DNA of 64,000 nt from an uncultured Bdellovibrionales bacterium. Lineage in GTDB: Bacteria; Patescibacteriota; Minisyncoccia; Moranbacterales; UBA1568. The notes beneath the pieces are model-generated. The model did no database searches. It was not told the DNA's origin and saw only the letters and a program-made list of their open reading frames with translations. Position numbers and translations under genes: made by a program. This document shows, one piece after another, positions 10,801 through 17,931 of this stretch; the first letter of the stretch is position 1; each line of letters begins with the position of its first letter. The stretch covers positions 25,447 through 89,446 of the forward strand of contig CAZQLN010000003.1 in assembly GCA_964594215.1 (NCBI GenBank). Direction: 5' to 3'.

Positions 10801-10951
10801 CAATCAAGGAGGGATGATGTCTCACGCGGCTATTGTCGCCCGTGAACTAGGTATTCCCTGTATAGTAGGGACAGGGCATATAACAGAAATAGTGAAGACG
10901 GGAGATTTGTTAGAAGTAGATGCTGATAATGGGGTAGTAAGAATTTTATAA
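7892..10951 (+). CDS. PEP-utilizing-enzyme family protein, rifampin-phosphotransferase/PEP-synthase-like: N-terminal PPDK_N ATP-grasp domain plus two tandem (helical domain + phosphohistidine swivel domain) modules; no PEP-utilizers_C TIM barrel
   Basis: PPDK_N-like N-terminus (…VAVRSSATAEDG…, …CDIEWAFEDGKFFIVQSRPIT…). Two swivel motifs GGALCHAAIVARELDKPCIIGT and GGMMSHAAIVARELGIPCIVGT, each preceded by roughly 270 aa of helical region. Confidence 0.75.
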   Translation: MKYTLNFKELGKNDALVAGGKGASLGEMIRAGIPVPDGFVILADTFDLFLKETDLLQEIEAILDGVNHEAIHTVEAASESIQGLILSRPIPEVIQKEIQEKFADLGSQYVAVRSSATAEDGIEHAWAGQLDSYLNTTERDLIEKVRKCWASLFTPRAIFYRFEKGLHSTKISVAVVVQSMVNSEKSGIAFSVHPVTEDYNQLIIEAGFGLGEAIVSGAVTPDSYVVEKSPWKILDINISHQGRALYRIDGGGNEWRDLGESFGSNKVLNEAQIQELSDIIVQIEKHYGFPCDIEWAFEDGKFFIVQSRPITTLSTKGNINLQKIEKIFSRDFTMIALEMDYRMEYQRARPWAKGENPYSPYLVFWRNDGTNKIYFNSKGVEWIQRELEKRVRENKDFLKLVEENVRKGISYIRPVYEAEKAIDRESLIRFVEEFMAAYFWIEAMWWIKGMADENLKDIDCANIVRLREETETLSAATDRVIRKSLEKLYPKLGLLSAMISFDELKGGNIPSEEVLRTRDQGFVLINNEIIIDKNFDDVLKENGLELVEESFQMLGEELEGQSASKGRYTGRVVRVMGHNDFEKVQEGDVLVSPMTMVDFLPVMKIAGAFVTDEGGALCHAAIVARELDKPCIIGTKVATQVFKDGDLIEVDADNGVVRILEKAEELEIGNYQKLFQWPGEFSHFLSSYFMAIYNKHKAISLHDGNMWQSFLPYTSKEKTLKLGLALYSSKQEYEELRKGLTEGFVELTAHFNQVLKKDTLTKEEVGAFFDQALEHYNYYSQTEFFFTDLAYSEMNNVSQIQKNFETFDELKLQGREYLNKIALAPGCYLDRLIEKIAQQLSYDISALKCHSINEILELFDGKSVKSDELVNRNQYFMHGRGSHAEVLTGDTALRKIRDFFAEVAKTNEVKGQIANKGYYQGRARVFRFSLSEINLMDEEIEKMEKGEILIADTTAPEIILACKKAGAIVTNQGGMMSHAAIVARELGIPCIVGTGHITEIVKTGDLLEVDADNGVVRIL

Positions 10952-10957
10952 AATACT

Positions 10958-12058
10958 ATGAGTAAGCGACCAGAAGATTACAAAAAGTTTTTTACAGCAG
11001 AATGTGAGATTACTTGTTTGCATTGTGATTTTCTCATGCGTCAGAGCCCACTCGCTGCTGCAGACTTGCTGGCTTTCAATAAGGGCTTAGAGTTTCATGT
11101 TTTCTTGCGCAAGGATAAAGAATACCGTTGTGCTGAAGAAGGGATCGAGCTTTTCTTTGATCAAGAACGGTATGAGATTTTTCTGAGAGATTTCCAGGCC
11201 TATGCAGATGAGGCTCTGAGTGTTTTTGTACCAAAGTGGAGCAAAATTCCGACAACTCTTTCCAAAGAAGAATTTATTGAAGCAGCAAATTTTCTCGGCA
11301 AATTGTGGTATTTCTATGGTTTTACAGAGTTTCCTTTTATTGATAAAGCCTATGAAAAAGCCAAAGCAGAGAGTAATGCAGAAGTCCAGAAACGACTAGA
11401 AGATTTTGGGCAGTTTAAATTCACAGGCCGTGAAGTATTGAATGCTTTTTGGTTTGAGGGTGGTCCGATACCGAACATCCTCCTCGGTGTTTCCCAGATG
11501 TTTCTTAAAGATGATGATGCCAAGTTTCTCTTTCTTGCTGAGCTTACAGCGTTGTTTGATGGATGGCGCCCAACTGAGGAATTAGTGAAAGAGCGGAGAG
11601 AATACTATGGTATGAATGTCACGGACGGCGTAGCGGAAGTATTGGGCTTTACACAAGCCAAAGAACTATACGTACAATTTACCCGAGTACCAGATGATTT
11701 GGTAATAAAAGGCGTGACTGCCAATAAAGGAAAGGTCACCGGAAGGGTAATTATCGCCCCTATGCTCAATGACCATGGAGCCATTGCTCTGCTTGATGCT
11801 AAAATGAAGCAAGGAGATATCTTGGTAGCAGAAAGTACAAGTCCAGATTTGATGTCCTTGTGTCGTAAGGCATCGGCCATAGTAGCTGATCAAGGGGGAC
11901 TGCTCTCTCATGCTGCAATTGTGTCTCGGGAACTTGGTGTACCTTGTGTGATCCAGGCGGAGGTTGCTACTCGGAGATTGAAAGAAGGGGACCTGGTAGA
12001 GGTGGATGCGGATAAAGGTTTCGTTACTATTTTAGAAAGGATAGAAGAAGGCATATAA
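10958..12058 (+). CDS. standalone (helical domain + PEP-utilizing-enzyme swivel phosphohistidine domain) protein; third module paralogous to those in the upstream gene
   Basis: C-terminal GGLLSHAAIVSRELGVPCVIQ. N-terminal region shares blocks with the upstream modules (WYFYGFTEFPFIDKAY vs YNYYSQTEFFFTDLAY; FKFTGREVLNAF vs LKLQGREYLNKI). Confidence 0.7.
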   Translation: MSKRPEDYKKFFTAECEITCLHCDFLMRQSPLAAADLLAFNKGLEFHVFLRKDKEYRCAEEGIELFFDQERYEIFLRDFQAYADEALSVFVPKWSKIPTTLSKEEFIEAANFLGKLWYFYGFTEFPFIDKAYEKAKAESNAEVQKRLEDFGQFKFTGREVLNAFWFEGGPIPNILLGVSQMFLKDDDAKFLFLAELTALFDGWRPTEELVKERREYYGMNVTDGVAEVLGFTQAKELYVQFTRVPDDLVIKGVTANKGKVTGRVIIAPMLNDHGAIALLDAKMKQGDILVAESTSPDLMSLCRKASAIVADQGGLLSHAAIVSRELGVPCVIQAEVATRRLKEGDLVEVDADKGFVTILERIEEGI

Positions 12059-12077
12059 AAATGGTATAAAAAAGTTT

Positions 12078-12109
12078 AGCCCGGGACACATGGTTGTGAG
12101 TCCCGGGCT
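12078..12109. terminator. perfect 10-bp GC-rich hairpin between convergent genes (candidate bidirectional terminator)
   Basis: agcccgggac-(12 nt)-gtcccgggct; preceded by an A-rich stretch but no strong T run, so function is unproven. Confidence 0.4.
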
Positions 12110-12146
12110 TGAGGTTGACGCGAATGGATCTAGAAAGAGAGGTGTA

Positions 12147-12590
12147 TTACTTCCTCCACTTATCCAGTATTTCGATGATACTCGACAGTGACTGCTCGAT
12201 GTGGTTGGCGCAGTCATGGTAGGCTTGTTCGCCTTGCTGCCAGGGATTGGGCACGCCACCACCGAGAATGATGATGGGCGTGTGACCCTCTCGCATTGCA
12301 GTGAGAGCGTTCGCTTCTTCTTCGCCGACCGTTAGGATGAGTTGGTACTCACTGAGATCAAGTGTCCCGACGAAACGGGACACGTGGCCGTCGGCATTAA
12401 TGCCACGATCACGAAGCTCCTTTTGGGAAAATTCTGCCATGGGCTGTCCTGCAGCAGATTCTCTGAGGCCAGCGCTTTCCACCGTGACATTGGCAAAGCC
12501 GATTATTTCTCCCAGCTCATGACGAAGCATACGCTCCATCATCGGTGATCGACAGGTGTTGCCGAGACAAACGCAAAGAACTTTGTGCAC
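12147..12590 (-). CDS. low-molecular-weight protein-tyrosine phosphatase / arsenate-reductase family
   Basis: N-terminal P-loop VLCVCLGNTCRSPMME (C-x5-R); size 147 aa. Confidence 0.8.
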   Translation of the reverse strand: MHKVLCVCLGNTCRSPMMERMLRHELGEIIGFANVTVESAGLRESAAGQPMAEFSQKELRDRGINADGHVSRFVGTLDLSEYQLILTVGEEEANALTAMREGHTPIIILGGGVPNPWQQGEQAYHDCANHIEQSLSSIIEILDKWRK

Positions 12591-12703
12591 TTATTCCTCC
12601 TCTTGTGATAAGAAAAAATTGTTAGAAATCTGATCATAAACCATAATCCCAACCTGAGATTATACACCTAAACCAGATAAAAGTCAATAATAGAGCCATT
12701 TAT

Positions 12704-12732
12704 TTGCTCTAAATAGGGATATTCTGTATACT
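12704..12732 (+). promoter_or_regulatory. putative sigma70-type promoter for secD (TTGCTC-N17-TATACT)
   Basis: -10 ends 9 nt before the ATG at 12742 and no SD is visible, suggesting a leaderless or near-leaderless mRNA. Confidence 0.3.
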
Positions 12733-12741
12733 TTTGTCTAT

Positions 12742-14418
12742 ATGAGACGTGAACACAAAATCCGCTGGCAATTCGCGGCCGTGCTCCTTTTGGGGCTCGT
12801 GTCCGGGCTTATTGCATATCCAAAAGCCATTTCTTTTTTCCCAGCTGGCTACAATTGGCTCAATCAATTACAAGTAAACCGGGGACTTGATCTTGAGGGA
12901 GGTATTCACTTGGAATATGCTGCTGATACTTCGAATATAGCTAAGGATAAAGAAAAAGATGCTCTTCAAGCAGCTGAGGCAGTCATCGAGCGACGCGTCA
13001 ATGCTTTTGGTGTGGGTGAACCATTGGTTCAGCTCTCGAAAGCAGGGAGTGAAAATCGTATCATTGTAGAGCTGCCTGGTATTAAAAATATTGAAGAAGC
13101 CAAGGCGCTGATCAAAGAAACCCCATTTCTTGAATTTCGTGAGCCAGCGAGTGATGAGTTCAAGGCGCAGTTAGCCCAAGATAATGAAAAAGCTCGTGCT
13201 CAAGCGGAAACTATTTTGAATCGTGCTAAGAGCGGTGAAGATTTTTCGAAATTGGCTACCGAGTTCAGTCAGGATCCTGGTTCCAAAAATCAGGGCGGAG
13301 AATTGGATTTCGTGAAAAAAGGTGCTTTTGTTCCAGAATTTGATGAAACCATTTTCCGGGCAGATTTTCCAAAGGGTAAGATCAATGACTCTCTTATCGA
13401 AACTGACTATGGTTACCATATTATCAAGAAACTAGATGAACGAGGTGAGGGAGATGATCGAGAGGTCAAGGCGGCCCACATTCTTTTTCTCAAGAAATCT
13501 ATTGAAACCGACCCACTCTTAGCGTATCAACCAACCGGACTTTCTGGTAAAAACCTCAAAGACGCTTCGGTAACCTATCAGTCGCAAGGATTGGGGTCGC
13601 CACAGATTCAGTTACAGTTTGACGATGAAGGAACAAAATTGTTTGCAGATATTACGAAGCGTAATGTAGGTAAGCCGGTTGCTATTTTTCTTGATAATGA
13701 ACTCCTTCAGGCACCGGTTATTCAAGTAGAAATTCCAAATGGTCAGGCAGTGATCACGGGAGATTACACTATCACTGAAGCCAATGCTCAGGTAAAACGC
13801 CTCAACGAAGGAGCGTTGCCTGTACCGATCAATTTGGTTGGTCAGCAAAGTGTCGATGCCTCTTTGGGTGAAGTCGCATTGAGTCAGAGTCTTAAAGCTG
13901 GCTTTATCGGTCTGGTGGCGGTTGCTCTTTTCATGTTGCTCTTCTATCGTTTCCTCGGTCTTATTGCTGTTTTGGCACTTATCCTCTACACAGCGATGCT
14001 TTTCTCACTTTTCAAACTTTCTGTGCTCACACCATTTCCGATCACGGTGACTCTCTCTGGTATCGCTGGGTTTATTCTCTCAATTGGTATTGCGGTGGAT
14101 GCTAATGTGCTTATTTTCGAACGTACTCGCGAAGAACTCTCATACGGTAAGGGGGCTATCAAATCGATTAAGGAGGGTTTCCGTCGAGCCTGGCCAAGTA
14201 TTCGTGATGGTCATGTCTCGACTCTTCTCACCACCTTTATTCTCGTAGGTTTGGGAACGGGCTTCGTCAAAGGTTTCGCAATTATTCTCGCCTTAGGTGT
14301 GTTGCTCTCTCTCTTTACAGCGGTAGTTTTGGTGCGTACGACTACCACTTTCTTCATTGGAGAGTGGATGGAAAAACATCCATGGCTACTTGTTACTCCT
14401 AAGAAACCTATCGAATAG
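12742..14418 (+). CDS. secD: protein translocase subunit SecD carrying an inserted parvulin-like PPIase segment
   Basis: SecD hallmarks (LDLEGG, IIVELPGIKNIEEAKALIKETPFLEFRE, P1-head, six C-terminal TMs with DANVLIFER). Insert at about aa 135-250: GEDFSKLATEFSQDPGSKNQGGELDFVKKGAFVPEFDETIF…DYGYHIIKK…AAHILF. Confidence 0.85.
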   Translation: MRREHKIRWQFAAVLLLGLVSGLIAYPKAISFFPAGYNWLNQLQVNRGLDLEGGIHLEYAADTSNIAKDKEKDALQAAEAVIERRVNAFGVGEPLVQLSKAGSENRIIVELPGIKNIEEAKALIKETPFLEFREPASDEFKAQLAQDNEKARAQAETILNRAKSGEDFSKLATEFSQDPGSKNQGGELDFVKKGAFVPEFDETIFRADFPKGKINDSLIETDYGYHIIKKLDERGEGDDREVKAAHILFLKKSIETDPLLAYQPTGLSGKNLKDASVTYQSQGLGSPQIQLQFDDEGTKLFADITKRNVGKPVAIFLDNELLQAPVIQVEIPNGQAVITGDYTITEANAQVKRLNEGALPVPINLVGQQSVDASLGEVALSQSLKAGFIGLVAVALFMLLFYRFLGLIAVLALILYTAMLFSLFKLSVLTPFPITVTLSGIAGFILSIGIAVDANVLIFERTREELSYGKGAIKSIKEGFRRAWPSIRDGHVSTLLTTFILVGLGTGFVKGFAIILALGVLLSLFTAVVLVRTTTTFFIGEWMEKHPWLLVTPKKPIE

Positions 14419-14419
14419 T

Positions 14420-15325
14420 ATGGTCAAAATTATCCAGCAAAGAAAATATGCCTACGCTTTCTCGATCATCACCACGGTGTTGAGTATTGTGTTTATCATG
14501 ATATGGGGGCTTAATCTCGGTATTGATTTCAAGGGAGGAACCCTTATGGAGGTACGCTTCACTACAGAACAGGTGCCCGAAGCCACCGCCGTCCAAGAAA
14601 CACTGACACCACTCGAGCTTAAGAGCCTGACAGTCCAGCCTACCGAGAACAAGGGTATGATTCTTCGTTACCTTGCTTCAGATGATGCTGCTAATAGCAA
14701 GGTGCTGACGGCACTGCAAACTTTTGATCCAAGTGTCACTCAAGTGCGTACAGACTTTGTGGGAGGATCAGTATCCAGCCAGATCACCAAAAATGCACTG
14801 ACTGGTACGGTCATGTCTATTATCGCCATTGCCCTCTTTATTGCCTACGCTTTCCGTGGGGTCAGTGGTAAGGTGAAGTCATTTGAATATGGTATTGGGG
14901 CGGTCATTGCCTTAGCTCACGACATCATCATCACGATTGGAGTTTTTGCTTTCCTAGGTCATTTCTATGATGTCGAGGTTGGCGTGCCGTTTATCGCTGC
15001 TCTTCTCACCATCTTGGGTTACTCGGTCAACGACACTATTGTGGTCTATGATCGTGTCCGCGAAAACCTCACCCGTTCCTCACTCAAAGAAGATTTTGAA
15101 ACTATTGTCAATCGTTCGCTCAATGAAACCCTAGGTCGTTCGATCAATACTTCGCTTACAGTCATCATTACTCTTATAGCCATTGTCTTATTTGGTGGTG
15201 ACAGCATCCGCTACTTTGGTGTCGCTCTCCTTACGGGTGTTGCTTTCGGTACATACTCATCTATCTATGTATCTTCGGCTTTGCTCGTAACGCGCTATAA
15301 TATGAAGAAGAAGTTTCAGAATTAG
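14420..15325 (+). CDS. secF: protein translocase subunit SecF
   Basis: Follows secD with a 1-nt gap (ATG at 14420; the track ORF at 14357 is an upstream extension overlapping secD). Six TMs; DTIVVYDRVREN motif. Confidence 0.85.
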   Translation: MVKIIQQRKYAYAFSIITTVLSIVFIMIWGLNLGIDFKGGTLMEVRFTTEQVPEATAVQETLTPLELKSLTVQPTENKGMILRYLASDDAANSKVLTALQTFDPSVTQVRTDFVGGSVSSQITKNALTGTVMSIIAIALFIAYAFRGVSGKVKSFEYGIGAVIALAHDIIITIGVFAFLGHFYDVEVGVPFIAALLTILGYSVNDTIVVYDRVRENLTRSSLKEDFETIVNRSLNETLGRSINTSLTVIITLIAIVLFGGDSIRYFGVALLTGVAFGTYSSIYVSSALLVTRYNMKKKFQN

Positions 15326-15337
15326 ATATACAGATGT

Positions 15338-15628
15338 ATGTGGAATCCTTTTGGTAAAAATGAAGAAGATGACGCAGAGCTTGCTAAGATGGCGGAGCTT
15401 GCCGGTGGTAAGGATATTAAGGATATGGGCATGATGCAGAAGTTTGCTCTCAAGCGTCTTGCTAAGATGAGTCCAGCTGAGCGCGAGAAAATGGTGAAGA
15501 AGGCGATGACTCCAAAGAATATCGAGAAACACAAAGGAGAGATTCTTCAGTCACTGGAAGCTATGCGTAAGGCGAAGCAGATATCAGATGACCAATACAG
15601 ACTCGCTAAGAAGCGTTTTGGTTTATAA
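15338..15628 (+). CDS. hypothetical small Lys-rich protein
   Basis: 96-aa ORF tightly packed between secF and tyrS; no recognisable motif. Confidence 0.4.
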   Translation: MWNPFGKNEEDDAELAKMAELAGGKDIKDMGMMQKFALKRLAKMSPAEREKMVKKAMTPKNIEKHKGEILQSLEAMRKAKQISDDQYRLAKKRFGL

Positions 15629-15632
15629 AAAT

Positions 15633-16829
15633 ATGATAAACACGGATCCGCAAAAAATAGACGAACTTCTCACTCGTGGTGTAGCTGAGGTGATTGATCA
15701 TGAACACCTGCGAGAGCGCCTGCTTTCTGGTGACAAACTGCGTATCAAGCTAGGGATTGATCCAACGAGTCCAGATCTGCATATTGGTCGCGCGGTACTT
15801 CTCTTGAAACTTCGTGATTTTCAGGAATTAGGACATCAAATAGTCCTTATTCTAGGGACTTTTACAGGAATTATCGGAGATACTTCTGATAAAGAGGCGG
15901 AGCGTCCGATGATTGATGAGGAAGTGCTCAAAGCCAATATGAAAACCTACGCTAAGCAGGCCGGTCTGATTCTCGATATGGATAAGGTAGAACTCCGAGA
16001 AAATGGTGATTGGCTTTCCAAGTTAGGCTATGCAGAAATTGGCCGTCAGGCAGATGTCTTTTCATTGGCTCAAACTATGGCACGAGAAAATATTGCCAAA
16101 CGTCATGATGCTGGTAAGAGAATTTCTCTTCGTGAGTTGCTCTATCCACTCATGCAGGGCTATGACAGCGTCGCTATAGAAGCGGACGTAGAGCTGGGTG
16201 GAACAGACCAACGCTTCAACCTGCTGGCAGGACGTCATATTCAACCTTTGTATAATCAGGAGCCGCAAGACATTCTGATGGCTAATCTGATTCTTGGCAC
16301 AGATGGTCGTAAGATGAGTTCTAGTTGGGGGAATACCATCAATCTTACTGATTCTCCAAATGATATGTTTGGTAAAGTGATGAGCGTGCCAGATGAATTG
16401 ATTGTGGAATACCTCATTCACTGTACTCGTGTGCCTCTGGAGCAGGTGAGGGCTTGGGAAGAGAAGCTTTCTTCCGGAGAGAATCCTCGTGATGCTAAGG
16501 TGTTTTTAGCACAGTCTCTTGTGGCTCTGTATCACGGAGAAGACGAGGCTAAGAAATCAGTAGAATATTTTGTGAATACTTTCTCTAAAGGTCTAATACC
16601 AGAGGAGGTTCGTGAAGTAGCCATGAATGTCCCGGAATCCCTCTCGTTTCTTATTGCAAGAATCTCTTTAGTACCAATGAGTCATTCAGAGGCTAAGCGT
16701 CTTATTGAACAAGGTGGAATCAGCATTGATGGTGAGAAACTTCTGGATCCTTCATTAAATGTTGACCAACAGTTTGATGGTAAGATTTTTAAGATTGGTA
16801 AGAAAGACTTTGCAAAAATAGTTTTTTAA
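15633..16829 (+). CDS. tyrS: tyrosine--tRNA ligase
   Basis: HIGH motif (DLHIGR), KMSKS-like KMSSSWG, C-terminal S4-like domain. ATG at 15633 follows the upstream stop. Confidence 0.9.
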   Translation: MINTDPQKIDELLTRGVAEVIDHEHLRERLLSGDKLRIKLGIDPTSPDLHIGRAVLLLKLRDFQELGHQIVLILGTFTGIIGDTSDKEAERPMIDEEVLKANMKTYAKQAGLILDMDKVELRENGDWLSKLGYAEIGRQADVFSLAQTMARENIAKRHDAGKRISLRELLYPLMQGYDSVAIEADVELGGTDQRFNLLAGRHIQPLYNQEPQDILMANLILGTDGRKMSSSWGNTINLTDSPNDMFGKVMSVPDELIVEYLIHCTRVPLEQVRAWEEKLSSGENPRDAKVFLAQSLVALYHGEDEAKKSVEYFVNTFSKGLIPEEVREVAMNVPESLSFLIARISLVPMSHSEAKRLIEQGGISIDGEKLLDPSLNVDQQFDGKIFKIGKKDFAKIVF

Positions 16830-16857
16830 TCTGAGTGATTTCAAGTAGAATAGATAT

Positions 16858-17922
16858 ATGAATGTATCGCTCATCGCGACAATAGAAAAGAACGCTTTGG
16901 AGGCCATTGGTCTCACTAAGGATCTAGAGACCCTTGCTCGTTTCGAGACTCAGTTTCTAGGACGTAAAAGTGAGCTTTCTAGTCTTCTCAAAGAACTCAA
17001 AAACCTCTCGCCTGAGGAAAAAAGAACCATCGGACCGAAGCTCCAAGCCCTGCGTGAGAAACTCCAAACTCTTCATAGTGAAAAGCAAGCAGAAATTGAA
17101 AATAATACTCGTGACTGGGAGGCGGAGCGTTTGGATGTGACTGCGCCAGGCATACCTCATCGTATCGGGCATCTTCATCCTATTACTACTCTTGAGCACG
17201 AGGTACTGGGTATTTTCGAACACCTTGGTTTTACCGTGGCCGAAGGACCAGAAGCGGAAACAGAATGGTACAACTTCGATGCTCTCAACTTTCCTAAAGA
17301 TCATCCAGCACGTGATATGCAGGATACGTTTTGGATTGTCGGAGGTGGCACCAAGATCAAAAAGGGGAAAGTGCTCGAGAGAGAGCGTCTACTCATGCGT
17401 ACACATACTTCACCGAACCAAGTGCGTTTTATGGAAAAAAATAAACCACCATTTCGAGTGATTGTCCCGGGGCGTGTTTTTAGAAACGAAGCTACTGACG
17501 CTTCTCATGAGCATACTTTCCATCAGTTCGAGTGTCTTATGCTCGATGAGACTGGCAAGGTGAGTGTAGCTACTTTCAAACACGTTGCAGAGACTTTCTT
17601 CGAGAACTTTTTTGGTAAAAAAGTGACCGTACGACTCCGCCCAAGTTATTTTCCATTTACGGAACCTTCATTTGAATTTGATATCAGCTGCGTTCTCTGT
17701 GATAGTGCTGGTTGTTCTACTTGTAAACAAACAGGCTGGTTGGAGATTGGAGGAGCGGGGATGGTCCATCAGAATGTCCTTACTGCCGCAGGCTATCCGA
17801 AGGGAAAGTATCAGGGATTTGCCTGGGGATTTGGATTAACCAGACTCGCCATGATGAAATACAAAATCACGGATATCCGACAATTCATGGGAGGGGACCT
17901 TCGTTTTATTCGACAGTTTTAG
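16858..17922 (+). CDS. pheS: phenylalanine--tRNA ligase alpha subunit
   Basis: Class II motifs (…FRVIVPGRVFRNE…, …GFAWGFGLTRLAM…); gene order pheS-pheT. Confidence 0.9.
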   Translation: MNVSLIATIEKNALEAIGLTKDLETLARFETQFLGRKSELSSLLKELKNLSPEEKRTIGPKLQALREKLQTLHSEKQAEIENNTRDWEAERLDVTAPGIPHRIGHLHPITTLEHEVLGIFEHLGFTVAEGPEAETEWYNFDALNFPKDHPARDMQDTFWIVGGGTKIKKGKVLERERLLMRTHTSPNQVRFMEKNKPPFRVIVPGRVFRNEATDASHEHTFHQFECLMLDETGKVSVATFKHVAETFFENFFGKKVTVRLRPSYFPFTEPSFEFDISCVLCDSAGCSTCKQTGWLEIGGAGMVHQNVLTAAGYPKGKYQGFAWGFGLTRLAMMKYKITDIRQFMGGDLRFIRQF

Positions 17923-17931
17923 ACAAGCGAC

